Source: Carpediemonas membranifera BICM (taxonomy: Eukaryota; Protista; Fornicata). Taken from it: 64,000 bases of DNA. Below are positions 32,417 through 43,406 of this stretch, piece after piece. Within the stretch, counting starts at the first letter, position 1, and each line of letters starts with the position of its first letter. The stretch spans positions 62,001 through 126,000 of the forward strand of contig JAHDYR010000069.1 of assembly GCA_019828565.1 (NCBI GenBank). The letters run 5' to 3'. The notes beneath the pieces were generated by a model that was given only the letters and a program-made list of their open reading frames with translations, was not told the origin of the DNA and ran no database searches. Position numbers and translations under genes: made by a program.

Positions 32417-34240
32417 CTATCTCGTGTGGCCCGGCGCCATGGGCTTGTCGAGGTCCTGGAACAGACTCTCGACAAGACCAGCCCCGTTCGTCATGGCTGT
32501 AGTGGCCGTGATGTAGTCAACGTCGCCAGTCTCGGTCAGGTGACGCAGCGCAGCCACCTCTGCAGCACAAACGCCGCCCAGGAAGAGGACCATCGTCTTC
32601 TTGCGGCGTCCGGCTGCCCTAGAGGTGGGCTCCCCGAACTGGGTCACCCCGCCACCTGGCACGGCCCTGAGCGCCTTCTCCTCGAGCGCAGCAACGTCAG
32701 GGGCAGCACTGAGCCTATCTATGGCCCTGATGCTGAGCGGGTAGAGTCCGCTGAAGACATAGTCCGCCTGCTTCGCGCTGTGGTCGTCGATGCTCCGGGG
32801 TCCCAAGTCCAGCTGCTTGCGGACCCGGTCATACCAGCTCTTGCCCCCGACGTTGAGCAGGCCCGCCCGACGGAGGTTGGTGATAGTGAACAGAGCCTCG
32901 TAACCATACGCCTGCTGGATGAGTGCCTGGAGCTGGTCGAGCCGCTTCTGCTTGATCCCACCCCTGGTCACGGAGATGAGGCAGAGGAGCCGCATGACAT
33001 CCCGCAGGGGCTGGACGGACGCGATCATGTCCTCGAGGACCCCGAAGTCGACTGTGCCGTCGACCACGGCCGCGTGCTCCAGGTCGAGACGTTGGTGGAA
33101 GGCGGCGCTCATCGTTACTGATCCGATGGCACTGGCTAGATTCATATGTATCTGAAGATCGTGGTGATTCTTTTGATGCACCTTAAAAGATTTGACATAC
33201 TCTTTGACCTCCTTCACGGTGTCAACCTGGTTCCTCCTGTCGTACGCCTCCTGGATGATCTTGGCCTGGCGCTGGATCTCCGCGGGGAGGTCACTAAAGG
33301 CGAGGTAGGCGAAGTCGTGGAAGAGGCTGATCTTGTGGTACAAATCCATGGTGACCGTGTCCTCTGGCCCCTTCTCCTTGTACTTCACGATCTTGTTGCT
33401 GACCTGCATCGACTGGAGGTGGATTCCAAACAGCTCGTCGAGCATGCCTTCGTACGTGAGCTGAGTCAGGAGGGGGGAGACGAGGTCGCAGGAACGGTCG
33501 ATGACGATGAGCTCGTCGACGGTGGGGTGGGTTGCAATCTCAGAGCAAGCAGCCGTCTCGCGGTTGAGGTTTTCGACCAGACGCATGGCGAAGCGGCCCT
33601 TAGCCTTGATGGAAGGGATGCGGCCGAACAGGATCTGGATTTTGATGATGGCCAGGACTACGTGGAAGATGGATGTCTCGTCGTTGTACAGCGTGCACTC
33701 CCGGAAGGACCCGGGGTTGTCGAGCGATAGGAAGTCGTGGCGGAGGGGCAGGAAGCCGATGTCGAGGCAGTGCGGGCGGACAATATCCCACACACCGCGC
33801 TCGGTGAGGACTTCTTGGGCGAAGAGGGTGTCTCGCGGCACAAAGACGACGTGGAACTCAAAGCCGGCCGGGCATGAGAGCTGGGCGGACTCGATATGGC
33901 TGGCCAGCATGTTCATCGTGCGGATGGTTGGCCGCACGATGTATACATAGGACTGCCAGCGCGTGTCAGTACGCGTGTTCCGGTCCTGCTTGCCCTTCTT
34001 GCCCTTGGCCACGGGGGCCTTGGGGAGCTTCGTATCTTTGTACGTCAGGACTTCGAGCGAGCCCTTAACTGTGTATGACTTCAGCTCCTTCGCATCCATG
34101 ATGAACTGGATGGAACCCTTCAGAGAATCCTCAAAGAAGAGCCTTGTGTCTCTGGCGTGCTGAAGGATGTCCTTCAATTGGTTGTATGCTTGTGTTCGTA
34201 GAATATCAAACTGGCCCTTGTCAATTCCTGGCTCGGCCAT
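32417..34240 (-). CDS. VPS33: Sec1/Munc18-family protein Vps33
   Basis: VVFVPR, LIVIDRSCDLVSPLLTQLTYEGMLDELFGI, MRLLCLISVTRGG, QAYGYE and VLFLGGVCAAEVAALR. Confidence 0.9.
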   Translation of the reverse strand: MAEPGIDKGQFDILRTQAYNQLKDILQHARDTRLFFEDSLKGSIQFIMDAKELKSYTVKGSLEVLTYKDTKLPKAPVAKGKKGKQDRNTRTDTRWQSYVYIVRPTIRTMNMLASHIESAQLSCPAGFEFHVVFVPRDTLFAQEVLTERGVWDIVRPHCLDIGFLPLRHDFLSLDNPGSFRECTLYNDETSIFHVVLAIIKIQILFGRIPSIKAKGRFAMRLVENLNRETAACSEIATHPTVDELIVIDRSCDLVSPLLTQLTYEGMLDELFGIHLQSMQVSNKIVKYKEKGPEDTVTMDLYHKISLFHDFAYLAFSDLPAEIQRQAKIIQEAYDRRNQVDTVKEVKEYVKSFKVHQKNHHDLQIHMNLASAIGSVTMSAAFHQRLDLEHAAVVDGTVDFGVLEDMIASVQPLRDVMRLLCLISVTRGGIKQKRLDQLQALIQQAYGYEALFTITNLRRAGLLNVGGKSWYDRVRKQLDLGPRSIDDHSAKQADYVFSGLYPLSIRAIDRLSAAPDVAALEEKALRAVPGGGVTQFGEPTSRAAGRRKKTMVLFLGGVCAAEVAALRHLTETGDVDYITATTAMTNGAGLVESLFQDLDKPMAPGHTR

Positions 34241-34566
34241 GTGGTATTTTGGGAGTTAGGAGCACGTTGTCTCGAGCTTGACTTGCAGGATAAGGTCCAC
34301 TCCTGGGCTCTAAGCCAGGTCGAGTCGCTGACAGTGTTGGACCGGTGGGACCGGTTACGTAACACTGAATATACATGTAAAAATCGATAAGGCACCCTCG
34401 GCCGGGTCAAGAGCTCGTGTGAGCTGCGCTACACTGGCTCATAGTACTGTTATACCCTGTGTCGTCTCGTCAGTTGTGCGTCAAGCAGTCGTTGGATTGA
34501 CTGACTGACGAACGAATGGATGCCCACGCGTTTAAATCAAAACAAAAACCTTCATCTGCCGTTTCC

Positions 34567-35044
34567 TTACTGCCCCCTGCGATGAGGCCTGTGCAGCTTA
34601 GGAATCACAAGAATAAGGAAGCAAACCAAGTTGGGGACGACCAAGTGCGCCTGCTCGTGAGTGAAGCAGTTTGTGATCATATACAGCACTGTGGGCACCA
34701 CGATGAGGAACTTGGGCGTGGCCCGGGCACCGCTGTGGGTCAGCTGTTCCCACCAGGTCTGGTCTGAGATCTTGCCCTGCTCGTCATCAATAGGGGAGCC
34801 CTTGATCCAATGGAAGAAGATGAAGGTCACTACAGCATGACCGATATGGAGGATTGTCCAGATCTGGTGTGTTTCGAGCACTGGATTGAAGAGGTTCAGC
34901 ACGCCTGTGTGATTGAGCGAATGTGGACAAACCATATGATGCCAAGAGAGCTAAGAGGTAGAAGAGCCACGATGACTTGTTCCTAATGAATAGAGTGTTC
35001 TGGTTGGCCTTCGCCGAGACTGTGATGGATCTGTTCCCAGTCAT
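34567..35044 (-). CDS. ORMDL/Orm1-like protein with a 28-nt intron (34905-34932)
   Basis: FFHWIKGSP, TWWEQL, KFLIVVP and LVIPKL. Removing GTTTGT...ACAG joins the two ORFs in frame (SYG-VLN). Confidence 0.85.
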
Positions 35045-35519
35045 TCCGCTGTGAGTGTGTATCCTGCGAATTGAACGAACCGAGGCAACCCAGGCTGTAA
35101 CGCACAGCACGCAGGCCAATAGCGACATCGTTTTGAACTTGCAGGCGCTATTGATTGAAAGTTCTTCCTTGAGCAATGCTACAATCGCACGACAACGATC
35201 ATACCCTCAAGATCACAATTGCTGGTGCGATATGGAGAGTGGCAAATGGGACCACCCACTCTGCGACACCGCCAGCCAGTGGCTTAGGGCGGCAAAGTTG
35301 AGTTGAGACGCCCAGAACTGTGGATGGTGTTATCCCACCGACGTCGAACCGCCACAACCGTTAAGCTTGGCGTCAGGGCCAACCCTCTATAGTCACTGCG
35401 CATTCCCTCTGGACAGCAAGTTGTGACTCACGGCGTCGTGTCTGGTCCGCAGCTGGCGTCGCCGGTCGGCGAGTCGCCAGTCAGAATTTGGCAACATCAT
35501 ACTGAGCGCTACAACCAAT

Positions 35520-37075
35520 TGGCAGCGCTAGTTCCTCGCCATCAAGTACGAGAGATGCGCTGAGCTCCGCATTCCGCGCCTCACTCACCGCAACGGCCTC
35601 CATCTCCGGGGACATCCCCTCGTTGCTCCAGTGCGCCTACTCCAGACACTTCGGCGAGCAGATGCCCTCGTTCCACAATACAGATAGCACTTCTGCACCA
35701 GCGAGCGTCGCTTCTCTCGAATCCCTCCTCGCCACGCTCTCCAATCTCCCCCATCTCAAACCAACCGCGCAAGCCCTCCTCGACCGCGCCCGCTCGATCC
35801 TCACCAGCGGCCCCCCGCTGTCCATGAACATTGAGCTCGCGGACGGCGAGGAGCTCCCGTCCACCATGCACACGCTGAACCAGGGCGCGGTGTGGGCGTG
35901 TCTGCTGGGCGGCGGGGCCAACCCCGACCTCGAGAACAGGGTGCTGGAGGAGGCTCGAAGGCAGCAGCCACGCGGTACCAAGGTGCATAACAAGATCCGC
36001 AACGCTCTCACCCCCGAGGCCAAGTGCCTCTGGTTCCTCTGCCGCAAGTTCTTCTTCACGCTGAACGTCGCCGAGAAGGACGGCGAGAGTTTCCAGTACG
36101 TTGGATACCACCACCGCATGTACATGGGCCGACACTGCCAGGCACACCGCCCTCACCAGAGCCAGGATGCCCAGGGCCCTCGAGGTCTACAGCGACTGGT
36201 TCACCCACATCGCCAGGACGCCTAAGGGCCTGTGGGGCTGGGGTGATAGCGGATATGGTCAGCTGGGGTTCAAGTCATCTGGGTTCGTCGACCCGACCCG
36301 CCTCACCTTCCCCGCCTGCCCCCCTGGTAGAAGCACAGGATGGTGACTGATGTATCGATAATGAGCGGTCAGACGTTCATCCTCACCCCAGCCGGAACTG
36401 TCATGGCTGGTACGAGTTCAGAATGGTTTACCGGCCACGTCGAGCGGAAGAACGAGCATGACTTCCATCCTGTTGCTGTGCCCATACACTTTGTCCCAGA
36501 TCACATCATGCATACATGGAACAGTACTGTCATCCTCTCCATGGGCGATCGGCAGGTGATCAGCGGTGACAACGAATATGGCCAGCTGGGACGGGCACAA
36601 GAACGAGATGACCGGCTTCGTCGATCTACCCTTCAGGGTCGACCGGATCATGATTTCGCAGACGAGTTATTTTAGCATCTTCCTCAGCGGCCGCCAGCTG
36701 CTGCTCGCCGGCATTGATCCGTCGTCGATCACCGTCCTACCTTCTGGCCTACTTCCAGAGCTCTGGGACTGCGACACACCCACCCCGCTCCGGTTCCCAG
36801 AGAGGGTTAAGGGCATTCTTTACGCGTTCGACACACTGTGCTGGGTGACTGACGGCTCTTCACACTGCTGTTACGAGGACGTGCAGTTTACGGTCCCATT
36901 TGAATCTGTGGCGATCTCTGACAATGACAAGTTCCTCTCTCTGACCGGCCAGTGGTTCGTGCCTGATGGGGTCTTCAGTGGGGTGGCGAATATGATCGAG
37001 TGCGAGGCGCCCGTCACTCAAGAGAGAATTATTCCCGTCGACATCGACCCGTGGACCCAGGAATCGGAACGATAA
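35520..37075 (+). pseudogene. Second RCC1-like family copy, disrupted
   Basis: 5' part is nearly identical to the reverse complement of 29900-30870. The ATG is lost, there are deletions near 36130 and 36322, and a frameshift near 36590. Confidence 0.75.
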
Positions 37076-37282
37076 AGACTGCCAGAATCGTCACCAGCTT
37101 AGGAGATCTGCTTCGTAGCGGATGTGTGGAGACCATAGACACATGGGTGTTGAGGATAGCTGCACAGCGTCATTCAAAGATACTTCGGAGAATGGACGCG
37201 GAGTCGTGGGCATATAATGTTTGTTAAAATCCGGATCACCTCGATGTGACGCTGTGTTCACAATATTCTGGATCTGCCAGGC

Positions 37283-37851
37283 TGTGACCCAGTCCTCAAT
37301 AGTCAAGGTGCATTTTATGCTGTAAATCGTTTTCCCCAGGTAACCTGCCTTCAGTATTAATACTAGTGAAATGGTAACTTTAGATGTCGACTATTCCTTC
37401 CCTACTTTTAATAGTAGCAAGCTTAGCCCGTCCGGGATCGCCCGATTCCGCGACGAAGTGCGAATCCTCCTGGCGCGCCATCCAGCTTATCCCGTCGCCA
37501 CCCTCTTGTCCCAGGATCTCCAGGACGAGATCACCGATACACTGGACCGGAAGCTGGAGGACATCAGCGCTGACGAGGTTAACGGTTTCCTTAGGACTCA
37601 GGTTGTTCCCGTGTCCCTCAACGAGCTCCGTAAGAAGCTCAAGGGCCTCCCGTTCAATAAGGAAGATACCCACCAAGGCAACGTCCGCGCGTACTCGCAG
37701 AGCTTTAAGGAGTTTTACGACCTCCGCTGCGAGTGCGCCAAGCGCGAGAACGTGGCCTATCTACGTCCCGTTTACGGAAAGACGAGGCACAAGATCGCCG
37801 TGCTCAAGAAGGACGGCACCGCCGAGGTGAAGGAGGTGGAAGATCACCTCC
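37283..37851 (+). mobile_element. LTR stub 4: putative 71-bp 5' LTR (37283-37353), palindrome and truncated gag (ATG 37371)
   Basis: Starts TGTGACCC like Gypsy-2 and ends TTCA. Palindrome AGTATTAATACT at 37353-37364. The ORF resembles the Gypsy-3 gag N-terminus and is cut by stub 5. No 3' LTR seen. Confidence 0.65.
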
Positions 37852-38300
37852 TGTAGTGCACCTGATTCATTATTTTGATTTGGTCCTCATTGGTCTTTGT
37901 TGACACATGTGTGTCGTAATAAAGCACTTCCTCTTCTTCCTGGTGTACCACAGTAATTACTGTATCGATGCAATTCCAGGTCCCCGATTTATTCGTAGCC
38001 CCTTATTTGAAGACTCCTACCGCCGAAGCTTGGCAGGAACACCGCGAGCAGTATTATGCTTACCGCTCCCGCGGAGGTACGCTCGGCATCCGTCTCCTGA
38101 TCGCCCGAGATGTCTGGGAAGTCCTCAAGCTCCGTGATCCCACTCTTGGTGACTTCGAGGTTCCTGCTGGCGAAGGAGCTGAAGAATCCGTACGGGAGCT
38201 CGTCCGTACAAACGCCGAAGACGACGACGACGACTCCGACGATGCTTGTTCTGATAACGACAGCTCTTCGGACGATGACAACGAGGCCCATACTGTGAAA
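37852..38300 (+). mobile_element. LTR stub 5: putative 101-bp 5' LTR (37852-37952), palindrome and truncated gag (ATG 37968)
   Basis: TGTAG...CCACA with internal AATAAA, and palindrome ACAGTAATTACTGT at 37950-37963. APYLKTPTAEAWQEHREQYYAYRSR parallels RPFLLTLEEQAFTKFRSSYRAYRAQ of Gypsy-3 gag. Confidence 0.65.
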
Positions 38301-38306
38301 GTCGGC

Positions 38307-38362
38307 AGATAATCTACGATTTTTTCTAGATAATCTAGGGCCTAAAAACCCTAGATTATCTA
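38307..38362. repeat. 14-8-14 inverted repeat with a third partial arm
   Basis: TAGATAATCTAGGG (38327-38340), CCTAAAAA spacer, CCCTAGATTATCTA (38349-38362). Extra AGATAATCTA at 38307-38316. Confidence 0.85.
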
Positions 38363-39364
38363 CGGTTGCAAGAAAAAATGAACTCGACGATGAGCCGGAG
38401 CTGGATCTTCAAAGTGGTATGGTAGTACTTGGCTATACCTAAGCAATACGCATGCGCAGTATCAAACTTTAAATCCTGCTAGAAAAAAGTAACATAGGGA
38501 CAAATTGGAATTGAGAGTTGAGACTCAAAAAACGGGCAGGGGGGAGGAAATGGTCCATAGGTACGCCTTATGGGTCGCTTCCTCCCCTCTGCCCCTTTTT
38601 AATCGCAAAATCGATTTGCCGGATTTGACACACGTTTGATGTGATCAAAATGGATTTGATAGAAATGGGTCCAGATCATGCAGTTGGCCATCCTGAAGCG
38701 CTAGGGCGGCCTGCAGACCGCAGCAATGCCTCTGCTGAATGCCCTTCATGCCTGACGGACAGGACGCGCGTTGACTATAAAGGACTGCATGTTTCGGCAT
38801 CAGAAGAAGGTGTGGAATACAACGGAGTCATCGCCGAACCGCTCCGACCAAGTCGGTTATTAGGACATCGCGTTCAGACGCCCTCTGCAATTACCAAGTC
38901 AATAGATGGGAGTCGACCTGATCAGCACGTCATTTGGGGCCTCAGGTGACACTATAGCTGAGTTTGGCTGGGCGCTGCTGCGGCCATGGGCCGCTAGCGC
39001 GCTGATTGGCTCGTTTCTCCTCGTATAGCTGCTGTAGAGGTCTGATCTGAGCCTCGTTATAATAGTCTGCCCGAGTAGAGTCCAGCCATACCATAAATGT
39101 CCCCCAATCTCCCCCTCCCGGTCGCTCATACCTCCAAAATGGCCTATATTCCCTGTAGGAAGCTTAATAAGGGCGGATTTCCCATAAGTCGTGGCATAGA
39201 GGGAAGAGGCTTTGTACACAGCCCCCTGATCGTGGGTTCAATTTTCACCGGGAGCAAATAGGTCTTTTTGGCAGACAACGCCGCTCCGAGCTCTATTGCG
39301 CCCAGCGGTGCCTGCAGCGGCCAGAACAGAGCTAGAATTCGGGTGATTTTTAATCTCGATCGAA

Positions 39365-40023
39365 ATGCTGCTGAAGCACGCTCTAGAGGGACTGAAGCGC
39401 TCTACGAAGGAGCAATACAAGCAGACATATCAAAAACTGTGCGTTTACCTTGAGTGCGACGATGAGGATGCTGATGTTGTTATTATCACAGAGATCCGAC
39501 AAAATAGTGACGTATTCGAACAGTTTCTGGACTCTCTGTCCTTCTGTTGCCGTTTTGGACGGTACAAGTCCATCTCGATGCCTCAAAAGGCTCTCGTTCG
39601 CCTTCTTCGCACTGCTGGTGCCGAAACCGACCTAATTTGCAGGATAAGGACTCACACGCTTCCGGCACGCCAGGTGCTGACTGAGGAAGAGTACGACAAG
39701 CTCACGGGTGCTCTGAAGTACGACATTGCCGAGTCCCACCGTCAGCTCGCCCTAGTCGTTGCTCTCTGCCGGCTGGGATCGTATGTCGCAGACCTACGTG
39801 ACTTAGACCCGCGCTACAGGAGTTGATGCAAGAGGCTGCCGTGGATCACCCTGCCTTTGAGACCCTTATCTGGATGTCCAAGGACCTTGATTCGCTCTGG
39901 GGTAGTCCCCCCATGACAGTCAGGCACGCGAACCGTATCCTGCACGAAGCGGGGATGCAGAGTCTGAAAAGACCCATCTCCCTGTCCGATCTGGATACCC
40001 CTGACGACAGATGGAATGACTGA
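39365..40023 (+). CDS. Degenerate tyrosine-recombinase-like protein 1 (frameshift near 39815)
   Basis: STKEQYKQTYQKLCVYL (core-binding-like), LTEEEYDKL, LALVVALCRLGSYVADLRDL (box I-like, no Arg) and TVRHANRILHEAGM. Confidence 0.35.
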
Positions 40024-40055
40024 AGCTGTAAACATATCCATTGACTCTGAATCTT

Positions 40056-40985
40056 TTATTTCTCCATCTGCGAGTTAAGCCAGGCCACTGCCTTTCCCGT
40101 CAGATATACCTTACGCGTGTCGTGCGCCTTCTTTGTTGCTCTTGCGGCTGAAGCATCAACAGTGGCCTGCTTCAACAAATCTCGGCAGCTAGACTTCGGC
40201 GTCTTGGTGCCACGCCGCGTGCAGGCCCACTCTCTATCGTCCACGGACTCACCACACACAACGCATGACCCTGCTAATACGATCGGTGGCTTCTCCTTCA
40301 GCTTCTGTCGAAGCAGATCGCACATCGCGGTCTTGACGACGCGTCGAGACAATTCATGCGTGCGCAGGGTACTAACAGGCTCAACCAAGAGCTCTGTCTG
40401 AGTAGACGCCTCCTCTAGGTCTCGCACAGTCTGAGTCTCTGCATGCTCACCCTGTGGCGAAAACTGCTGGCATTTTCCCACCATCCTCGGCTTATCAGGA
40501 TCAGGACCCAGCGCAGTCATGTAAACAGGTACCTCAACCCGCTTCTCGACTATCTTGACAGGCTGGGAGCCCCTGCGGGAAGGGGCTTGCGGGTGAACTC
40601 GCGTCCTGGTCGGCCCCCCGTTCGCCTCGTTGTGCAGAGCCTCCATGAAGGCATTGAAGCCGTCATCACGGCCCACCTTCTGCGTCACAAACGACATGAC
40701 GCATGTGACCGACATCTCAAAGGATGCAAAATCGGCAGCACTGGAAACATCGCGATTGTGGCAGATTGAGTTTCGAGCTGCCAACAGCTCGCGTATATGT
40801 CTCTTATCAGCGTGGTGAAGATCAGGAACACGATGTAGGATCGCTTGCAAAAGCATAGCCGGATCCATCTCGCCACCGTCACCACGGTACCTCGCGATGT
40901 ACTCCTGCAGCTTCGGAATCATCCTCAGTAGCGCTTCAAACATCATGCTGGCGTATCCTGCTGAATCCTTCGCCCCAGAGCTCAT
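40056..40985 (-). CDS. Protein with N-terminal Swt1/HEPN-like domain and C-terminal Cys cluster
   Basis: Helical domain with DPAMLLQAI...ELLAARNSICHN (RNx3H, i.e. Rx4H). C-terminal CVVCG...C...C. Confidence 0.5.
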   Translation of the reverse strand: MSSGAKDSAGYASMMFEALLRMIPKLQEYIARYRGDGGEMDPAMLLQAILHRVPDLHHADKRHIRELLAARNSICHNRDVSSAADFASFEMSVTCVMSFVTQKVGRDDGFNAFMEALHNEANGGPTRTRVHPQAPSRRGSQPVKIVEKRVEVPVYMTALGPDPDKPRMVGKCQQFSPQGEHAETQTVRDLEEASTQTELLVEPVSTLRTHELSRRVVKTAMCDLLRQKLKEKPPIVLAGSCVVCGESVDDREWACTRRGTKTPKSSCRDLLKQATVDASAARATKKAHDTRKVYLTGKAVAWLNSQMEK

Positions 40986-41244
40986 ATCGGTTTCTTCAGA
41001 ACGAAATTCTAAAGAAATGTTCGGTGGTAAGTGAGATCACTGCGCGTCTAGAGACAGCAGAAACGTAACCTACAGCCCATATTGATGTGGGCTGGGCGTT
41101 GCTCAACTGATAAATGCCACATTTCTCTGTTTACATGGTAAGGTAACACGTGAGTGCTTTGTACTGGCATACTTAAAGGCAAGGTAAGGTTGGCGGACGT
41201 AGTATCACCCGTGGCGCTTGACTATCACTCAATCAGACAGATAT

Positions 41245-41900
41245 TTATTTCTTCGTGGATACCTTGTCGAAGAACTGCAATGCCAAGGTCAACTTGCCTT
41301 CCTTCGTCATCTCTTTGTCGGTCAGCAGTGTCTCGAAGTCAGCGACAACGAGAGGCCGGCAAGCAAAGGGGTCAGCCCAATAGTCATCTTCGTAGGCGAC
41401 CGAGAGGAACTCAAACGGACGAATGTCAACGCTTGCTTCATATACAATGACAGGCAAGACTGCATCCTCCACACAAACATGGCACAGAAGAGCACTGACA
41501 TTGTGGTACTAAATAATTGGGGGAGAGGCATGTTACAAACAGCAGAGTTGTCGTTCACCGTGTGGACTCCAAGCTTGCCCATCAGTGAAGACGCATCCAT
41601 AGCGAACTTCGTCGTGCCAACGCGAGTGCAGTACGTGGGGTCATCCGGCTGGAAGTCGATCAGTCGGCCGCAGTACAGGCCGATGATGCTCTTCGCAGGG
41701 ATTTCGGCACGAGACGCGATTCCCTTGCCAGCGGTGCCTCCATATAGCGTGCGCTGATCAGTCATGTACAGCTGTACGCTCTTGGAGACACCGTTGGCCG
41801 CTATCGTGATGTCCCGGTCCAGGAACGAGCCACCCTCCTGCTTCCAGTCAATATCCTTCAAGTCTGCCGGTATTTTTGTCAAACAGCAGCTCATAGTCAT
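41245..41900 (-). CDS. SET-domain lysine methyltransferase-like protein with a 32-nt intron (41509-41540); 5' end uncertain
   Basis: GKGIASRAEIPAKSIIGLYCGRLI and MDASSLMGKLGVHTVND. After splicing GTTTGT...TTTAG it continues YHNV...IVYEASVDIRPFEFLSVAYEDDYW. Confidence 0.8.
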
Positions 41901-42468
41901 GACGAGACATGCTAGAACCCTCCGAGGGGATTACGATCGTTTCTTCCGACATCGTTCTCAGAATTCGACCCGTTTATAAATCAATAATAAGCAAGCTAAG
42001 CTGCAGCTCAGGCACCCTCCATGCGCTCGTTCCCTGGCATCTTGGCCCGCGGCCTCTTCAGCGGCGTTTCGGCCCCTCTCGTAAATCGAGAGGTCTTCTT
42101 GATGTTGTTACTGTCTCTGTGCTCCCATTGCTTGCCAGTCTCATTGTAGTGTTAAGTTAGTGCCAAATGGTCTTTATTGCTGTTCGCTCGCATTAATACG
42201 GAAGAGAAAGAATGATGATGTTGATTAGCTTGCGGGGAAAGGCATTACCAAGCATTTGACGCGCACAACCTGCTTAATACTGCATAAATGCATCGCTGAT
42301 CGCTTTCTCTTCTGTTCTTCAACGCCCAAGGAGCGGCTTCCAGGTCGGCAACGGTTGCCGACCTGGACCCGTGCAGTTTATGCTTTTTCGGCCAACCGAC
42401 GAAGTCAAGCTTGGCCAAGACACATACTGTGTACAAGGACCCTGGCAGGCTAGTTACGCTGCTCAGAC

Positions 42469-43357
42469 TATGTCTAGAGACGTTCGGCTGGGCTCTGCAC
42501 GGATGGAAATGAACACTATCACGTCAAGCACCCAACAGCAAGAGACAACGGCTTTTAAGGAAGCTTTTGAGCTCTTTATGGACAAGTACTCGCTATTCAC
42601 AATCAGTAGGCTTAACGAGGGCGAGAATAACGGTAACACAGCCAAAATCAGGGCCGATGTCCGCAGCTCGTTCTTTTCCGCTTGGCTATGCACTCAGTGT
42701 GGCAGTAAGTGGATGATGGAGAGAACGAACAGCCTTCTTGTGTCGTTCTCGGGCTCTGTGGCAGTCGACATTCAGACGACAGTCTTCGCAGGTTTCGGTG
42801 CTGGTGATCCGTCGTCAATGTCGATCGACACCACCCTCGCACTGCTCAAAGACGTGCAGGACTTGGTTGTTTGGTGTGACATTGCTGCTAAGGTGAGGCG
42901 CATGAGACTACCGAGCGACAAGGTCAGGAAGGCGTGCATTACCATCGCACCGACGAGTGTGGCCAAGAGGGCTTACGCAATCGTCAGCCATCCTACTGCT
43001 TTCACGGTCTGGTGGGAGCACTATGCCCTTCGCAAGATTTCTCCTGAAGTCTTCAAGGACTTTATTGACTGGGCCAACTTTACGAGCACAGCCGATCTCG
43101 TCACTGGAGAGGTGACTGCTGTTCAGCTCACTGACACTGTGATGCACTATGCCATAGACTCTATCTCCAAGTTTGAGTCCGGCTATCACCTCACCAAGTG
43201 GGAGGAGCCGTGGGTGACCAGAACTTGGCAGAAACCGTGCGAGGCGACTGCAGACGCCAAACAAAAACAATCTGGTCGAAAACAAAACTACTCGCAGCTG
43301 GTATTGTCCGCAGCCTTCGCCTCAGGCTCGAAAGCTGTTGGAGCAGTTTACCCGTAG
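42469..43357 (+). CDS. Hypothetical protein
   Basis: ORF of about 295 aa with a CTQC motif. No family recognised. Confidence 0.5.
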
Positions 43358-43406
43358 CTCCTTTACTCGGTTTGGTAAGTAACACTGATAAATCAATGGA
43401 TATAGT

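Noticed and set aside
37245-37270. Possible extra mini-LTR remnant (TGTGAC...CACAATATTCT)
   Set aside because: Too short, with no partner or ORF, so chance cannot be excluded.
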